Part shown: positions 1 to 13,115 of the stretch, piece after piece
Layout: every line of letters begins with the position of its first letter
How positions within the stretch are numbered: position 1 is the stretch's first letter
Assembly: GCA_951406725.2 (NCBI GenBank)
Contig: OX597818.1
Span: 12,090,001 to 12,154,000 of the forward strand
Length of the DNA: 64,000 nucleotides
Source of the DNA: Octopus vulgaris
Taxonomy: Eukaryota
Reading direction: 5' to 3'
Notes under the pieces: generated by a model
Seen by the model: the letters and a program-made list of their open reading frames with translations, nothing else
The model's database searches: none
What the model was told of the DNA's origin: nothing
Translations under genes and position numbers: made by a program

Positions 1-250
1 GCAATGAAAATAAACTAACTTAATACACAAATATTATTTTAATGTTATTATTATTGCTGTTGTTTGCAACGCGAGTACATCTCCAGCACGGACTCGGAGA
101 AGAATTTAATTTGATGTAAAGGAAGTGTTTGTTCTATTTTGCTAACAAAGGATTTTAGAACTTCTTGAGTTTCCACGCCATTATTCAGAAATGGGGAAAA
201 ATTTCTTCTAATGCAGTTTTAAAATTATATATTAAATCTCTGAGCGAGGT

Positions 251-449
251 GTCAATACTCAGAAACCCGGGTCCGTGTGTATACCGTCAGATTGAAGATG
301 GGAAGGGTGACTTCCCTTTGCAAATACTGATAGGGCACAGAAAGTGTGTCAATAGCCAGCTGGAGGAGGTGTTCACCTGGGGCTACAAGCTACAGTAGCA
401 TCTACTCTTAAGGGTTAGCCACATTTAAGTGGCAAATATACTTCACGAT
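251..449 (+). repeat. Unclassified ~200-bp dispersed repeat, copy 1
   Basis: GTCAATACTCAGAAACCCGGGTCCGTGTGTAT...GTGGCAAATATACTTCACGAT recurs collinearly, same orientation, at 60148-60345. Confidence 0.85.
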
Positions 450-1790
450 TATTATATATTGTTTTGCAAAACTCTACTCGTGATTTAACACGCAGTGGGA
501 AGAGACGCTATCCACACAAACTTGGTAGTATCGAACAGACAAAGAAAAGTTTTAAAATATCAATAAAAATATTTGAAAATAAAAGGTAAATATGAAACTT
601 GCATAGACAGACAAGTTTCTAAACAGAAATACTCACACCCTTAGCAAGCACTAGTGCCAAACACAAAAGCCAAAACAATAGCCACTCCTTGCTCCACAAT
701 TTCACCAAGAAAAGTGTTCGGAAGAGAAAGGTCTGTAACAGTTGGATTCGATCCCACGTTTTGCCACACAGAAATCCCAATTTGATCATGTACGTAAACA
801 CTATTGCCGTCCAATCACTGGCTACTGTTCACGTGATAGTCTGGTGGTATGACTAAAACGTTCCATGAACATGGCCTACAAATACAGTTCAACTGAGCGC
901 CAAAACTCTAGAGTGATTCGGTTCCTGGTAGTGTTCACTCTCCACACTTAACTGCTTCAACCTCAACATATTCAACCTGGAATGATCGAAGACACACCAT
1001 GGCAGCAAGAATATGCATTGATGGGTAAACACTAGTCTGAATGTTGAATTTCTGGCGAAGACGAAGACTTTGTGCACTTGCCATAAACGTTGTTTCATCT
1101 GAATATTCCATTTCTTGTTTTGCACGAACACTTTCTATATTAACGTAGCAATAAATCATGTTCTTAAACATGAAACAAGCCTTCCACCACTCGCTACAGG
1201 TTCTTTAACACATTCTTCTTGTAAATGTTTGAGAAAGAACTGGGAGAGACGTATTTACATTACTTATCTAATCCTCTATTTTGATTGTATGTAATGTTTT
1301 TGATTTATCTTCTGTTGTATTAATTCATGTTTTCCTATCTTTTGAATTCCTAGTTACATTCACTTATATTCAGGTTTCCAACATATTTATTTATTCAGTT
1401 TTGAAACATTTGAGGAATTATAAGGGTTAGAAACGGAATTGTACCTTTGAAAGTCATTCATTAATAAAAGAGCTTGTTTATCTCAGAATGGGAATAACTT
1501 GTTCATATACCTCAACCTCACGCATATATACAGAGTATATATAAGCAAATGTGAATACAAGAGTACACCAGTCCGTCCCAGGACTATCAACCACTAAGCT
1601 GATGCTTTGCTGAGTTGATTGAAGCAACGGGAAAACGGAGCGCCTTGATCAAAGACATCCGGTCCAAGAATCAATGTTTATGTGAATGTATGTCTGTGTG
1701 TGTGTGTATATATACACACACATAGCCATTATGTATATTTACACATACACAAACCTACATGAATACATACACAGATGCATATATATAATA

Positions 1791-1945
1791 TGGCTGTGTG
1801 GTTAAGAAGCTCGATTTGCATCCCCCCGGCTTCGGTTTCAGTCCCACTGCACAGTACTTTTGGCAAGTGTTTGCTACTACAGACGCAAACTAACCAATGC
1901 CTTGTGAGTGAATTTGATAGACAGAAACTGTGAAGATCGTTGTAT
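1791..1945 (+). mobile_element. tRNA-derived SINE family A, 5' part
   Basis: TGGCTGTGTGGTTAAG...GGTTTCAGTCCCACTGC...CCTTGTGAGTGAATTTGATAGACAGAAACTG matches the family A copy at 22042-22493. Confidence 0.75.
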
Positions 1946-1991
1946 ATCTGTACACAGATACACACACGCGCACATGCACACACGCGCACAT

Positions 1992-2025
<34 letters not shown>

Positions 2026-2070
2026 ACATACATACACGCACACATACATACACACACATACGCGCGCGCA

Positions 2071-3157
2071 CGAGTGTAGCTGAAAAGTTCATACTTGAAA
2101 AATCGACAAAATTTGGCTTCGTGGTGTTAACAAGTATCTGTAGTAAAATGGCTTAGCCTCAGCCCCGGACATTTATGCTGACATGCTTGCTACATTTGGG
2201 GATAACGCCCCAGCGTTATCAAGAGTAACAAAGTGGGCAGCTGAATTTACAAGGGGAAGGATGAGTTTTGAAGATGATCGAAAGTCTGGACGTCCTGCAA
2301 CTGCCACCACCGAGGCAATTAATCGTGTTTACCTCACACTGATGGATGACATGAGATTGACTATATATCAAATAGACAATGTTATTAGCATATCTCGTGA
2401 GAGAGTTGATAATATTCTGCATAATGAACTTGGTATGACGAAAGGTTTCTGCTCGGTGGGTGCCACGTCTTCTGACACCTGATCAAAAGCACACCAGGTA
2501 GATCACATCATGGGAAAATTTGACATCGAGGCAGATCCAGTTGGTTTCCTTGCACGTTTCCTAACCCAGAATGAGTGTTGGGTTCATCACTTTGAGCCAG
2601 AGACAAAGAGACAATCCATGTAATACAAGCACTCCTCCTAACCTGCTCCAAAGAAGGCCAAGGCCGTTTCATCTGTAGTGAAGGTGGTGGCCTCAGGTTT
2701 TGGGATGCAAAAGGGCTGCACTATTAGTGGAAAGTACTATGCCAACTTACTGACGCAGTTACGTAAATTTATCAAGACCAAACACCCAGGAAAACTGACA
2801 AAAAGGGTGACTTGTACAATGAAGACAATGCTCTAGCGCACAAATACTTCATTTCAATGGCTGCTGTGTCTGACTATGGCTTGAACTGGTTGATCACCCT
2901 CCCTATCCTGATTTGGCTCGTCTGTTCCTCAACATAAATAAACACTGGGCTGGAAACCAGTATCGCAGTGTTGATGTCATGTCTGCTGTTGATGACATTT
3001 TTGAGCAATAGAATGAAAGCTTTTTCACCAATGAAAGCTTTTTCACCGATGGAAGAAGTATGTGGACCGCAAGGGAATTTACGTTGAAAAATAAATCTCA
3101 TTTGGTGACAATCCATAAGATTATCCTGGTCAGCTAATAAAATATTCAGCCGACCCT

Positions 3158-3159
<2 letters not shown>
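2071..3159 (+). mobile_element. Decayed mariner DNA transposon
   Basis: ORF 2183-2482 encodes a mariner HTH region (GDNAPALSRVTKWAAEF..GR.S.EDD.KSGRP), followed by frameshifted RWVPRLLT, WVHHFEPETK and DNA-type motifs. The ends are imperfect inverted repeats (CGAG.GT.GCTGAA at 2071, complement ending 3159). Confidence 0.9.
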
Positions 3160-3207
<48 letters not shown>

Positions 3208-3750
3208 CACATATGTATATATAACATTAAGCTGCATCCGGCGGTGAAGCTCCATTTCTGGGGTTGTGTGAGCGTGGCGTCACTCCTTAATTAACATTAC
3301 TTCATTAATTCAGAAAACGTTCAAGGAAACCAGCTGACCCAGAACAGCATATATGTCAGGGGCCCATCTCTGGGTTTAATCGAATTCCCAGAGTTGAGGA
3401 ACCTCCTGTTATTTTTGACCAAGTGGTGGGGGAAGGCAGTTCTTCTAGGAGAGAGATACTCTGACATAAAACTTGCAGTCAAAACAGAGACCAGTCGTCT
3501 TGCAATGCTTGTGACTGGAGCCTTTTATGGAGACCGAGACAGTGGCAAAAATATTGTACAAGCTGTTGCTAATTAAATCGAGTAACATACAAACATCTCG
3601 CTATTCATTTCATTTCTTGATCTATTTTGTATATTTTATAAAGCCCTATGGCGATGGATGAGTGGCGCATATACAAGGATGAACGTAAATTAGAACAGAC
3701 ATTCTGAATATGGGGGACGGCTACCATCTGACATGACGAGGCAATCATAC

Positions 3751-4101
<351 letters not shown>

Positions 4102-4599
4102 AAACAATGTAGGTGTATATTTCTATTTATAGAAATATATCAGCCTACAAAACTTTTTGTATATGATGATATTCGGAAATGTTACTGAGTAAATTTAAGA
4201 TATGAGAGATATGTTTTAAAGAGGATACAATCCTGACTTATGACAGGATTTTATAGGAAAAGCACATTGAAATAAATTATTTTCACGAACTTATTTGAAA
4301 GGAAGAGGCATTAATTTTGAAAAGAATTTCACATGTTGCAGGAGTGCTCGCACATGGTGGTTTGAACTTAAAAACAAAGGTATGTTTATATAAGATGTAG
4401 CATAAGAGGATGCTAAAAATAGACAAAGAAAGGCTGAAACTATATTTGGAGGAGACTGATAGATATAGAAAAGTGTGTGGGTATATATATATATCTGTAT
4501 ATACACCCACAGACATACATTCACTTCCCCCATATACTCACAGGCATACATTTACTCGCCCACCCCATATATATATAGTCACTATGAGGATATATTAAC

Positions 4600-6300
4600 C
4601 TCTTATAGGGATGATTCTATCCACGTTACGCTGGTTTAATATATTATATTGAGAAATATTTCTTCAATATAAAAATAGGCAAATTATAAATATAAAATAT
4701 TAATTACGTAAGAAAATGGAGAGATTTAATGGATATAAATTAATTTATCAACATTTTTAATAAGGTCTACAATTGTTTCAATTTACAATCAATTCAAATT
4801 ACAAATCTATAGAATAAAATAAGTTTGCATTTTGAAGATTTCGAGTAAAATATCATTAGAGCCATTGGACATTAAGGAAGCTACATGCTGGTCAGTTGAG
4901 ATTTTCTGTTGGAGAATCGTGGTTGAAATAATAATGTATTCCCCCATTTATGAAACTGAAACCAGGACCGTTTGTCAGTTGTTTTTTGAGCAGATAACGT
5001 GTAAACAAGAGATGCCGGGAAAGAAGAATAGAAGAAAAAACCCCCCAAAAAACAAGAAAAAACAAAAACAAGAGAGATAACCAACATTGCAATAATTAGA
5101 TGTCAGGTAGGCGTAAACCAAATGCTAATAGTTTACTAAGTGTCCGGTGGTCTGTTTTTAAATTCGGACAAGATATATTTCTTGAAATGTGGACATACAG
5201 GAAAAAATCTCGTTCCTCGAATTTATGTATTCGCTGGAGGTTCTCAAGTTTTTTAAGTGAACATACAGAACATTTTTTGAACCCGTTAATATAGAGTTTG
5301 GATTTGGAGAGGATTTTCCATTTGATGTCGAAACTGGTTCCTTTGTCTTAAAGTTTCCAAATTAAAACCGAAAGGCTTGTAGACTCGAAAGCTAGTTGTT
5401 ATATCTAGATATAAATTGTCCTTCTACGGTTCCGACATAATATTTGATATCTCTATGACCATTGTCGTAGTTCGCTGAAACCTGTACTTCATAAACAACG
5501 GAAGATATATCGCACTCCTGTCCTAGATGACATTTAGATTTGTCTCTACATGTGCAGGCTTGAGTCGTTCGTTGCTTATTGACATATAGCTAAACAGTAG
5601 GGGGACAAGAAAAGGTAACTTTTATCGTATCTGTTAAAGATGTTATCGTATCTATGGGTTTTAAGGAAGTAAATATTTACGAAATGCAAGAATCTACACT
5701 TGTCCTAACATTAAGGAAGAAAGTGGGGGCGGACCATAAAGCTTTCCGAGACCTATTCTTACGACTAGATGAGAGGAGGTTGGGGGTTGTAGAAAATTTT
5801 ATCAGTAAAGTCGCTTTCCTGTACGGAAATAGCCTTTTCGAAGGTTAATATTTGGAATTAAGTTTTTAAATACAATACGTAGGTGGCAGGAGTGTTTATT
5901 AATATATTTAAGTTTCTCGTTAGGTTTGTGGAAGGGCTTATACGAACTAGTTTTGGGATTTAAGAAGTCAGTTTTAGCTAGGTTGGTATTGATTGACATC
6001 TAAAAAATCAGTCTTAGCTAGGTTCGTATCGATAAATATTTTAAATCCTAAAGAGTTGAAGGTAGAAATTAATTGCTTAGAAATTAATCTAAAGGAATCC
6101 GTAGCGTGGTCATCACAACTATGTGATAGTGCTTAAGCATCGTAGCGGTCTATACCGATGCTATGGCTGGGAAATTTCGAATTAAGATGGTTTAATATGC
6201 ACGAGTATAAACCAACTAAATCGCATATATCCACGCTATCATATGAACCCGTTTGGACATCGAATAGTTCACTTTAGTTATCTTTTTTGTTTCAGATAGA
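4600..6300 (-). mobile_element. Decayed, 5'-truncated Penelope-like element (RT + GIY-YIG + 3' terminal repeat), Naiad-type signature
   Basis: Minus-strand motifs in order: LFDVQTGSYDSVDICDLVGLY, SIGIDRYDA (decayed YRDD), TDFLDV, YKPFHKPNEKLKYINKHSCH, IFNR..IKVTFSC, KYYVGTVEGQFISRYNN, IWKL*DKGTSFDIKWKILSKSK, KKCSVC, YINSRNEIF. Many stops and frameshifts. Outer boundaries are approximate. Confidence 0.85.
4764..4863 (-). ncRNA. Eroded type I hammerhead ribozyme with long stem II
   Basis: Minus strand reads GGCU-CUAAUGA-(long stem II region, UUUAC...GUAAA)-GAAA-CAAUUG-UA-GACC. Stem III is palindromic (ACAAUUGU), the site is GUA, and the core has a G5A change. It lies 3' of the PLE GIY-YIG remnant. 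Confidence 0.6.
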
Positions 6301-6324
6301 TCCGTTACTAAATAACAATTTCCT

Positions 6325-6438
6325 TCCGTCTCTTTTGCTGAACCGCTAAGTTACGGGGACGTAAACATACCAATACCAGTTGTCAAGCAGCGGTGGGGGA
6401 CGAATACAGACACAAATGCACACACACGGATTTACATC

Positions 6439-6480
<42 letters not shown>

Positions 6481-6680
6481 GTTAAAATTAAATTTAAAAT
6501 TTAAACTTTATATATATGTATACGACGAGCTTCTTTCGGTTTCCGTCTACGAAATCCACTCCCATTACTTTGGTCGACCCGTGGCTATAGTAAAAGACAC
6601 TTGCAGGTGCCACGCAGCAGTGGGACTGAACCCGGAACCATGTGGCTGGGAACCAAACTTCGCACTACACAGTCATGCAG
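6325..6680 (-). mobile_element. SINE family A
   Basis: GAACCGCTAAGTTACGGGGACGTAAAC...GTGGGACTGAACCCGGAACCATG, as in the copy at 22042-22493. Confidence 0.85.
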
Positions 6681-7361
6681 GAAACAAAAATCGCACACAC
6701 AAAAAATTTTTGGAAAATGTTTTGTATCATGATTTATCAGTTTCCATGTATTTTGAAGTGTTCTCTCTGATGATCATTTAAGAATTGTAATGTTTTGTGC
6801 TTGCTTTTGTCAATGTATTATTAATGAGCATATGTAGAAGTGACGACGTGGTTACTCGATTTGCTAAAAATAACAGTAAAATCTCTCTCAGCTCACACTT
6901 TAAAAAAGAATGACAGATAATATAGTAGTCGTATATACATCATACCTGAGAAAATATGGAATGATCGCTACAGGAAAATCTTTGACTATTGGTCTACCCA
7001 ATAAAATGTGATATGGAGTCAAACAATAATCATAGCATGCGACTCTCAACAGTAACAAACTGCGGCCAATCTGCTACTTTACTTTCAACTGTTTCATTGC
7101 CAATGAGGTCGTAAGATCGAAACACGACCTGAAGCCAAACAACAGCAATAATAACAACTACCTTTTAATGTTTGGCTACATTCACCAATGTGTCCTTTTT
7201 AATACATGAAGAAGGGTAGGGTGGGTCAGGGAAATTTAGCTGCTAAATCTAGCAAGTCGAGTGACTGCGCAAGAGTTGCAGTAGATCGGTGGATCGGAAT
7301 TTGTCGTTCAACGGGTGACCTGTCTTCTGAGAACCGGCCTGGCGCATAAAGGGCAGCAGTG

Positions 7362-7363
7362 GC

Positions 7364-7403
<40 letters not shown>

Positions 7404-7404
7404 G

Positions 7405-7460
<56 letters not shown>
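7362..7460. repeat. (CAA)n-(CTA)n compound trinucleotide repeat
   Basis: Direct reading. Confidence 0.95.
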
Positions 7461-7461
<1 letters not shown>

Positions 7462-7709
7462 GCTTATATAGTGACAACTCTCATAATAAAGAGCTAACTA
7501 GTGAGCCTCTACGTAGTCATTCGATTTGCAAAGAAAAAAGGGGGAAAAAGAGCAACCAAATCTCCCCCAGACCACACTATCCTATATACATACCCTGTTT
7601 GACGGTATGGTCATGTCTGGAATACATTTGAAAATAGTTTTCTGCTCGATCAGAGTTGAAAGCCACTGTCGCTTTCACCGCTGCCACCATCACCACCACC
7701 ACCACCACC

Positions 7710-7741
<32 letters not shown>

Positions 7742-9369
7742 CAAAATCACTACTACTCTACCATGATATCATGGTTGTGTGAGTAAGAAGCTTATTTCCC
7801 AACCATGTTGTCTTGGACTCGATCCCACTGCACAGCTCCTTCAGAAAGTGTTTTCTACTATAACATCAGACCAACCAAACACTTTTTAGTAGATCAGGAA
7901 GGAAACTGAAAGAAGCCTGTTGTATGCACACACACACACACACACACACATGCCGCAGGGCCACGCCGTCAATATTTGCTCGTATGCAACACGGTATGGC
8001 CTGATGATATGAGAGGTTCTCTGTTGTGTTTTGCAGTATCTTAGAGTTGCTGCACTTCATACATACTTGATTGTACGAAGTTATAATGCAAGAAGATCAC
8101 TTAATGAAACAATTGTAGTTATACCATATTGTCCATTCGTTTATTTTTATTGTCATTTTATACCACGCTCAAGTTCTCTTCAACTTCGGATTCTCTTGGA
8201 GTTGTGGATTACCAAATACCAGTAGGCTTCTCTACATCAATGCCTCTTTCATAAACTGGATTGTTTACCTGATTATTTACTGTGTGGCCATTAATGCAGT
8301 GTGCTTAACTTTGATATGCTCCGATCTTAATTGATTCTCTGTATGTGTGTCTATGATGTGTTTCTTTGTGTGTGGGTGTTGTGTTGGTTCTCCACTACCG
8401 TTTGACAACCGGCGTTGATTTGTTTACGCCCCGCTAACTTAGTGATTCAAAATAGAGATCATTAGAATAAGTATTAAACTTATCTTCCCACTGATCTAAC
8501 CTTCTTCTTATTGTTAATGTTAGAATTACATAAAATCAATATGAAGTAAGTTGTCCTCGTCTGTTTTTAAATACAAGTGACTCCTAATTGAGAAAAAAAT
8601 ATAATGAAAGACATTTTAGATAAGACCATCCCATCATTTTAGGATTTGGTTCCGAAATACAATTTGTTAGGCATCATTTTTTAAAGACGTAATGTAGTAA
8701 GTGATTTGAGAGAGAATTGACTGCTATTTCTCACAGGCCGATCGATCATGTAATGATACACTCATTGGTTCGTGTATGCGGTAGAACTGGGGTTAATGAC
8801 TTTAAAATAGTTTTAAGGTTTAAGATGGAAAAAAATTTGGTTGCTATTTCTGGTAATAGAGCTTTCCACGTAATGGTTAGCGTAGTGAACATAGTGGTGT
8901 TGGGCATGGATGTAACGGTGGTGACAGCAGTGGTTGTTGATGTTGTGGTGGTGGTGGTGGCGGTAGTTGTGATCTCGGCTACGGTGATAGTGCTTGTTGT
9001 TGTTGTTGTTGTGGTGATGGTGGTAGTAGTAGTGCTGTGGTGGTGAGTGTGGCGTTATTTCCGAAGGTGACAGTTGTAGTAATAGTGGTAGCAGTAGTAA
9101 GAGAAAAACAGGAAATGGCGAGGCGTGACGTAATAGCCAATTGCTTCGTTTATTATTAATTTCCTACTTCAACTCCCCCCTTTCAACTACACACACACAT
9201 ACACTCGCATAAACAAATGCACATACAGATTACCCTTTCTCTTTATACACACATGTGCGTGTGTGTGTGTGTGTGTGTGTGCAAACATACGTTCATAAAT
9301 ACACACATAAAACTAAGAGAAAAGAGGAAAGACGAGAAAGAGAAAAAGAAAGAAAGAGAGAAAGGGAGT

Positions 9370-9422
<53 letters not shown>

Positions 9423-11279
9423 TAGCAGGATATAGTCGGTACTTGTTCAATTGACAGTCTTAGGGAGAAACGGAAACGAATAAGAAATTATAGATATATA
9501 CATACATACACACACATACAAACACACACACACACACACATACACACACACATACACATACAAACACATACATACACACTCATACACACACAAGCATCTG
9601 GCCTTCAGTAATAATAGTAATGATAATGATTTGATATTGGTGCGCAGCCATATAATTTTGGAGAGATATATTGAATCGACCCCTAGTTATTTCACCCCTA
9701 CACCCGTTGGATCAGATTTTGAACAACTAAAATCTAAATTTAAGGCAGCTACAAAAACAAGCATATCAATACCACATCAGATAACCACGGAAAACTAACA
9801 TGACTTATGTCCATATATGGGCGATGCTTCTGATTTTGCCGCACATATTTAGTCTGAATGAACAAATCTAACTTGAACAGGACATCAAAAGCCATATTTG
9901 CAACAAACAGGAGTAGGTAATTCGATGTCTGTTCTGACTAATTGAGTTTAAATTTCATTGAAGTCAACTTTATCTTTCATTCTTTCGGTCCAAAGCAGTG
10001 AATTAATTGAATTCTTAGTGTTGGACGAGACGTTTGTTGACATCTGTTCGGTTTCTTTTTTATGTTCTGAGTCTTTGGGTGAAAGACTTAATCTCCACTA
10101 CCTTTTTGTAAGCATTCAAGTCTGATACTCGATTTTTGGAGAAATTCGTCCTACTAGCCTTGGAAATACTAAACTGAAAAAAAAAAAAAAAGGCTGGGCT
10201 TATAGGCACAGCTCTTCTCTCTCTGACAAACCTTAAAAAGTATCACCACTTGACTCACTTGGTACATTGACAAATATTTATGTAGCAATACGGCAATACA
10301 CCTATACTCAACATTTTAACTCAGTTTTTCTCATAGTGGGGCTGGACTGTGAGAACGGAAAATCTGAAAATGTTTTAAAAAACTAATATGCTTTCGGTAT
10401 TTTAAAATATTCCAACTCTATGACAAACAATGAAGGATTATATGGATGTGAATTCTACATAGTCTTCTTATTATGGAAGAGTAGGTAATAAAATAAAGTA
10501 TCAGTCAAGTATTGGGGTTGATGTGATCGACTAGCAACCCACCACTGCCACCAAACAAAAAAAGTCATGCCTTATACCTGTAGTAGAAAGAATTGTGCAA
10601 GAGCGAGAATTATTATTATTATTATTATCATTATTTTCTTCTTCCAACTTTGCTTTCATTTCTCTCCGAGTCTTCCCAACACCTAGGGCAAAGAAACTCA
10701 CTGTAAACATTGGTAGGCCATTAAAATAAACACGTGAGATTGTTCATTTACAAAGTCATGTGACAGAAAAATAGGGAAGAAGAGAAAAAAGAAATAAGGA
10801 AGAAAAAAAACAAAGAAAATAAGGAGGAAAAGGAAAGACAATTCACAGCGACAATGCTCTTCTCAAAATTTCAGGCATCGTACCTTTAATAGAAAGTATT
10901 ATTATTACAAATTTCTTATTCATGTATAGGCACGATAAAACACATGGTGATTGAAACAACGACAAGAAGAAGTCCGATAAGAAACCGCCATCTCCATAAC
11001 CACTAACAATAAAAATGGCAACAGCTACAACATCATCACCATCAAAATTAACGATTCAACGCGAGAGCCTGTAAGTGGTTGATTAATGTGCTAGAATTAA
11101 CAACCAGATCTCCCTCAAAGTACATTCTACCAATATACAAACCAAGTACATTGGATAATATCGTCAGGTGTACACTATTTCAGAGAACAAAAGATGGAAT
11201 GGTTACGGCTTGATTCCTTTTCGTAATAGCCAACTTAATCAGGATTGACTTGGGGTTAAATTACAACAAAAGTACTCAG

Positions 11280-12818
11280 AAATAATCCCACCACCAATCA
11301 CTGTATTCATCAATTTGTACATCTAAGCGTATAACACAACCCGACTCCCAGAGTTTAAATGGGAAAAACCATTACAATTTTAAAGCCCAACAAATACCCA
11401 AGAGAAATAGCTTCACATAGACCTATCACTCTTTTATGCACGCCGCCAAAATTGTTTTAAGACATACCCTTGATATTCAGAAAGCCCCACACTTCACTCA
11501 TATGCAAATCATAACATGGAGACAAACCCTTATAATAAACCAATATATCATTCACAAACCTTAGACAAAGCATAATTAGTTCAACAACACACACAAACTG
11601 TTGCTACTATCATGGGCCATAAGGAAAGCTTTCAACTCTTTTCTTTGCTATCCACCTGTACACAAAATAGGATGGCACCTTGGGCAAGTGCTAGTAACCT
11701 CTTAGCCACACTTACTAGGGACACGGTGAAAACGTCGATAGCGGAACGTTGGACAACCGACAGTGTGAGGAGTCCTACACCAAAAGCTTGCGACCAAGCG
11801 GATGACTTGTACCATCAGACAACGGTTAGGTGTCAACTAGCAAGTGAGTTGCCTCTGCTGGGCAGCCTCATCGTTGACCATAATTGTTGTACTCTTGCAC
11901 ACAATTTGGTACATGGTGTGGAGGTCCAGAGAGGCAGCCTGGTGGGGGTGGCGGTGAGGGGGAAATGATACCAACTGCCTTACTCACCGTTCAAAAGCAT
12001 TTTGTTCAGAGACGTTCTGAACAGAGTATTCAACGTCAACCTGCAACAGACAACCAACGACGACGATACACAAAATACTCAACACGCTTTGAAGAAGAGC
12101 ACAACTCTGAGGTCGACAACATTTAAAGAACACAAAACACCCAGGTAAACAACCCTATGTAGTGTGCAACAACACACCTAACATTTGCAATTTCTTTTAT
12201 GGCTTACCACTTTTTAACCTGTCCTAAATGATCTTTTCACAAACACAAACACAGCCTCGTACACAGATGGCATCGCACTTACATTTTTCTACCACTCCTC
12301 TTATGTAACAAAGTGTTTCCAATCTTACAGTCACCTAGAATTCTGACTCCAAAAACATATTTACAGTAACACTGTTTAATCAGCAATTTCTCTTCTTAAT
12401 AGTAGTAACACCACAGTTCACGAGCCAAACATTATACTCAACAACATAAACAAATGATAAAACACGCATTTAATCCAACATGTCCACTCCTTCCTAGTAA
12501 ATCATCTACTGAAAATAACAAAACAAAACCGACTAGTCAACTTCGCATCGTCACAGGCTGCACCCAATCCTTTTGTACTACGAAACAACAATACAGAAAG
12601 TGCAAGACCGCTGTGACATGCAAGAGGTACAGTTTGATATCGCAGTTGGCTCCAATTTCTCACAGCTCCTGTTATTACATGCACATTCACCTACAAAGAA
12701 GCAAACACATTTACAACACTACCCAAAACACGACTAATGCAGCACTCCTGAGAATACCATCTCTCTTAATCCACAATCGGTAGAGCAACGAACAATATTT
12801 CGCCTTTTTCCAACTTAA
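11280..12818 (+). mobile_element. Highly decayed LINE reverse transcriptase region, interrupted by a 297-bp unit
   Basis: Collinear RT motif remnants: TITILKPNKYPREIASHRPITLL (~11365-11435, YRPISLL-like), SKAF (~11990), SYTDGI (~12255, YADDI-like) and QLRIVTGCTQ (~12540). Confidence 0.7.
11600..11896. repeat. 297-bp young repeat, copy 1
   Basis: Near-identical to 12819-13115, with about 7 substitutions by eye and no indels. Confidence 0.95.
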
Positions 12819-13115
12819 GTTGCTACTATCATGGGCCATAAGGAAAGCTTTCAACTCTTTTCTTTGCTATCCACCTGTACACAAAATAGGAAGGCACATT
12901 GGGCAAGTGCTAGTAACCTCTTAGCCACACTTACTAGGGACACGGTGAAAACGTCGATAGCGGAACGTTGGACAACCGACAATGTGAGGAGTCCTACACC
13001 AAAAGCTTGCGACCAAGCGGATGACTTGTTCTATCAGACAACGGTTAGGCGTCAACTAGCAAGTGAGTTGCCTCTGCTGGGCAGCCTCATCGTTGACCAT
13101 GATTGTTGTACTCTT
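12819..13115. repeat. 297-bp young repeat, copy 2
   Basis: GTTGCTACTATCATGGGCC...TTGTTGTACTCTT is a direct repeat of 11600-11896. Confidence 0.95.

Noticed and set aside
600-1230. Decayed coding sequence (YSDETTF resembles the first Tc1 catalytic motif)
   Set aside because: Only one short motif, with no other convincing transposase motifs, TIRs or splice sites.
3320-3560. RTE-like 5' UTR or HDV-like ribozyme
   Set aside because: There is a hairpin and a vague resemblance, but I could not build the double pseudoknot.
11600-13115. LTR retrotransposon, TRIM or retrozyme (direct repeats around a 922-bp interior)
   Set aside because: The interior is a decayed LINE collinear with sequence outside copy 1. 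Copy 2 lacks the TG start. No PBS, flanking TSD or hammerhead was found.
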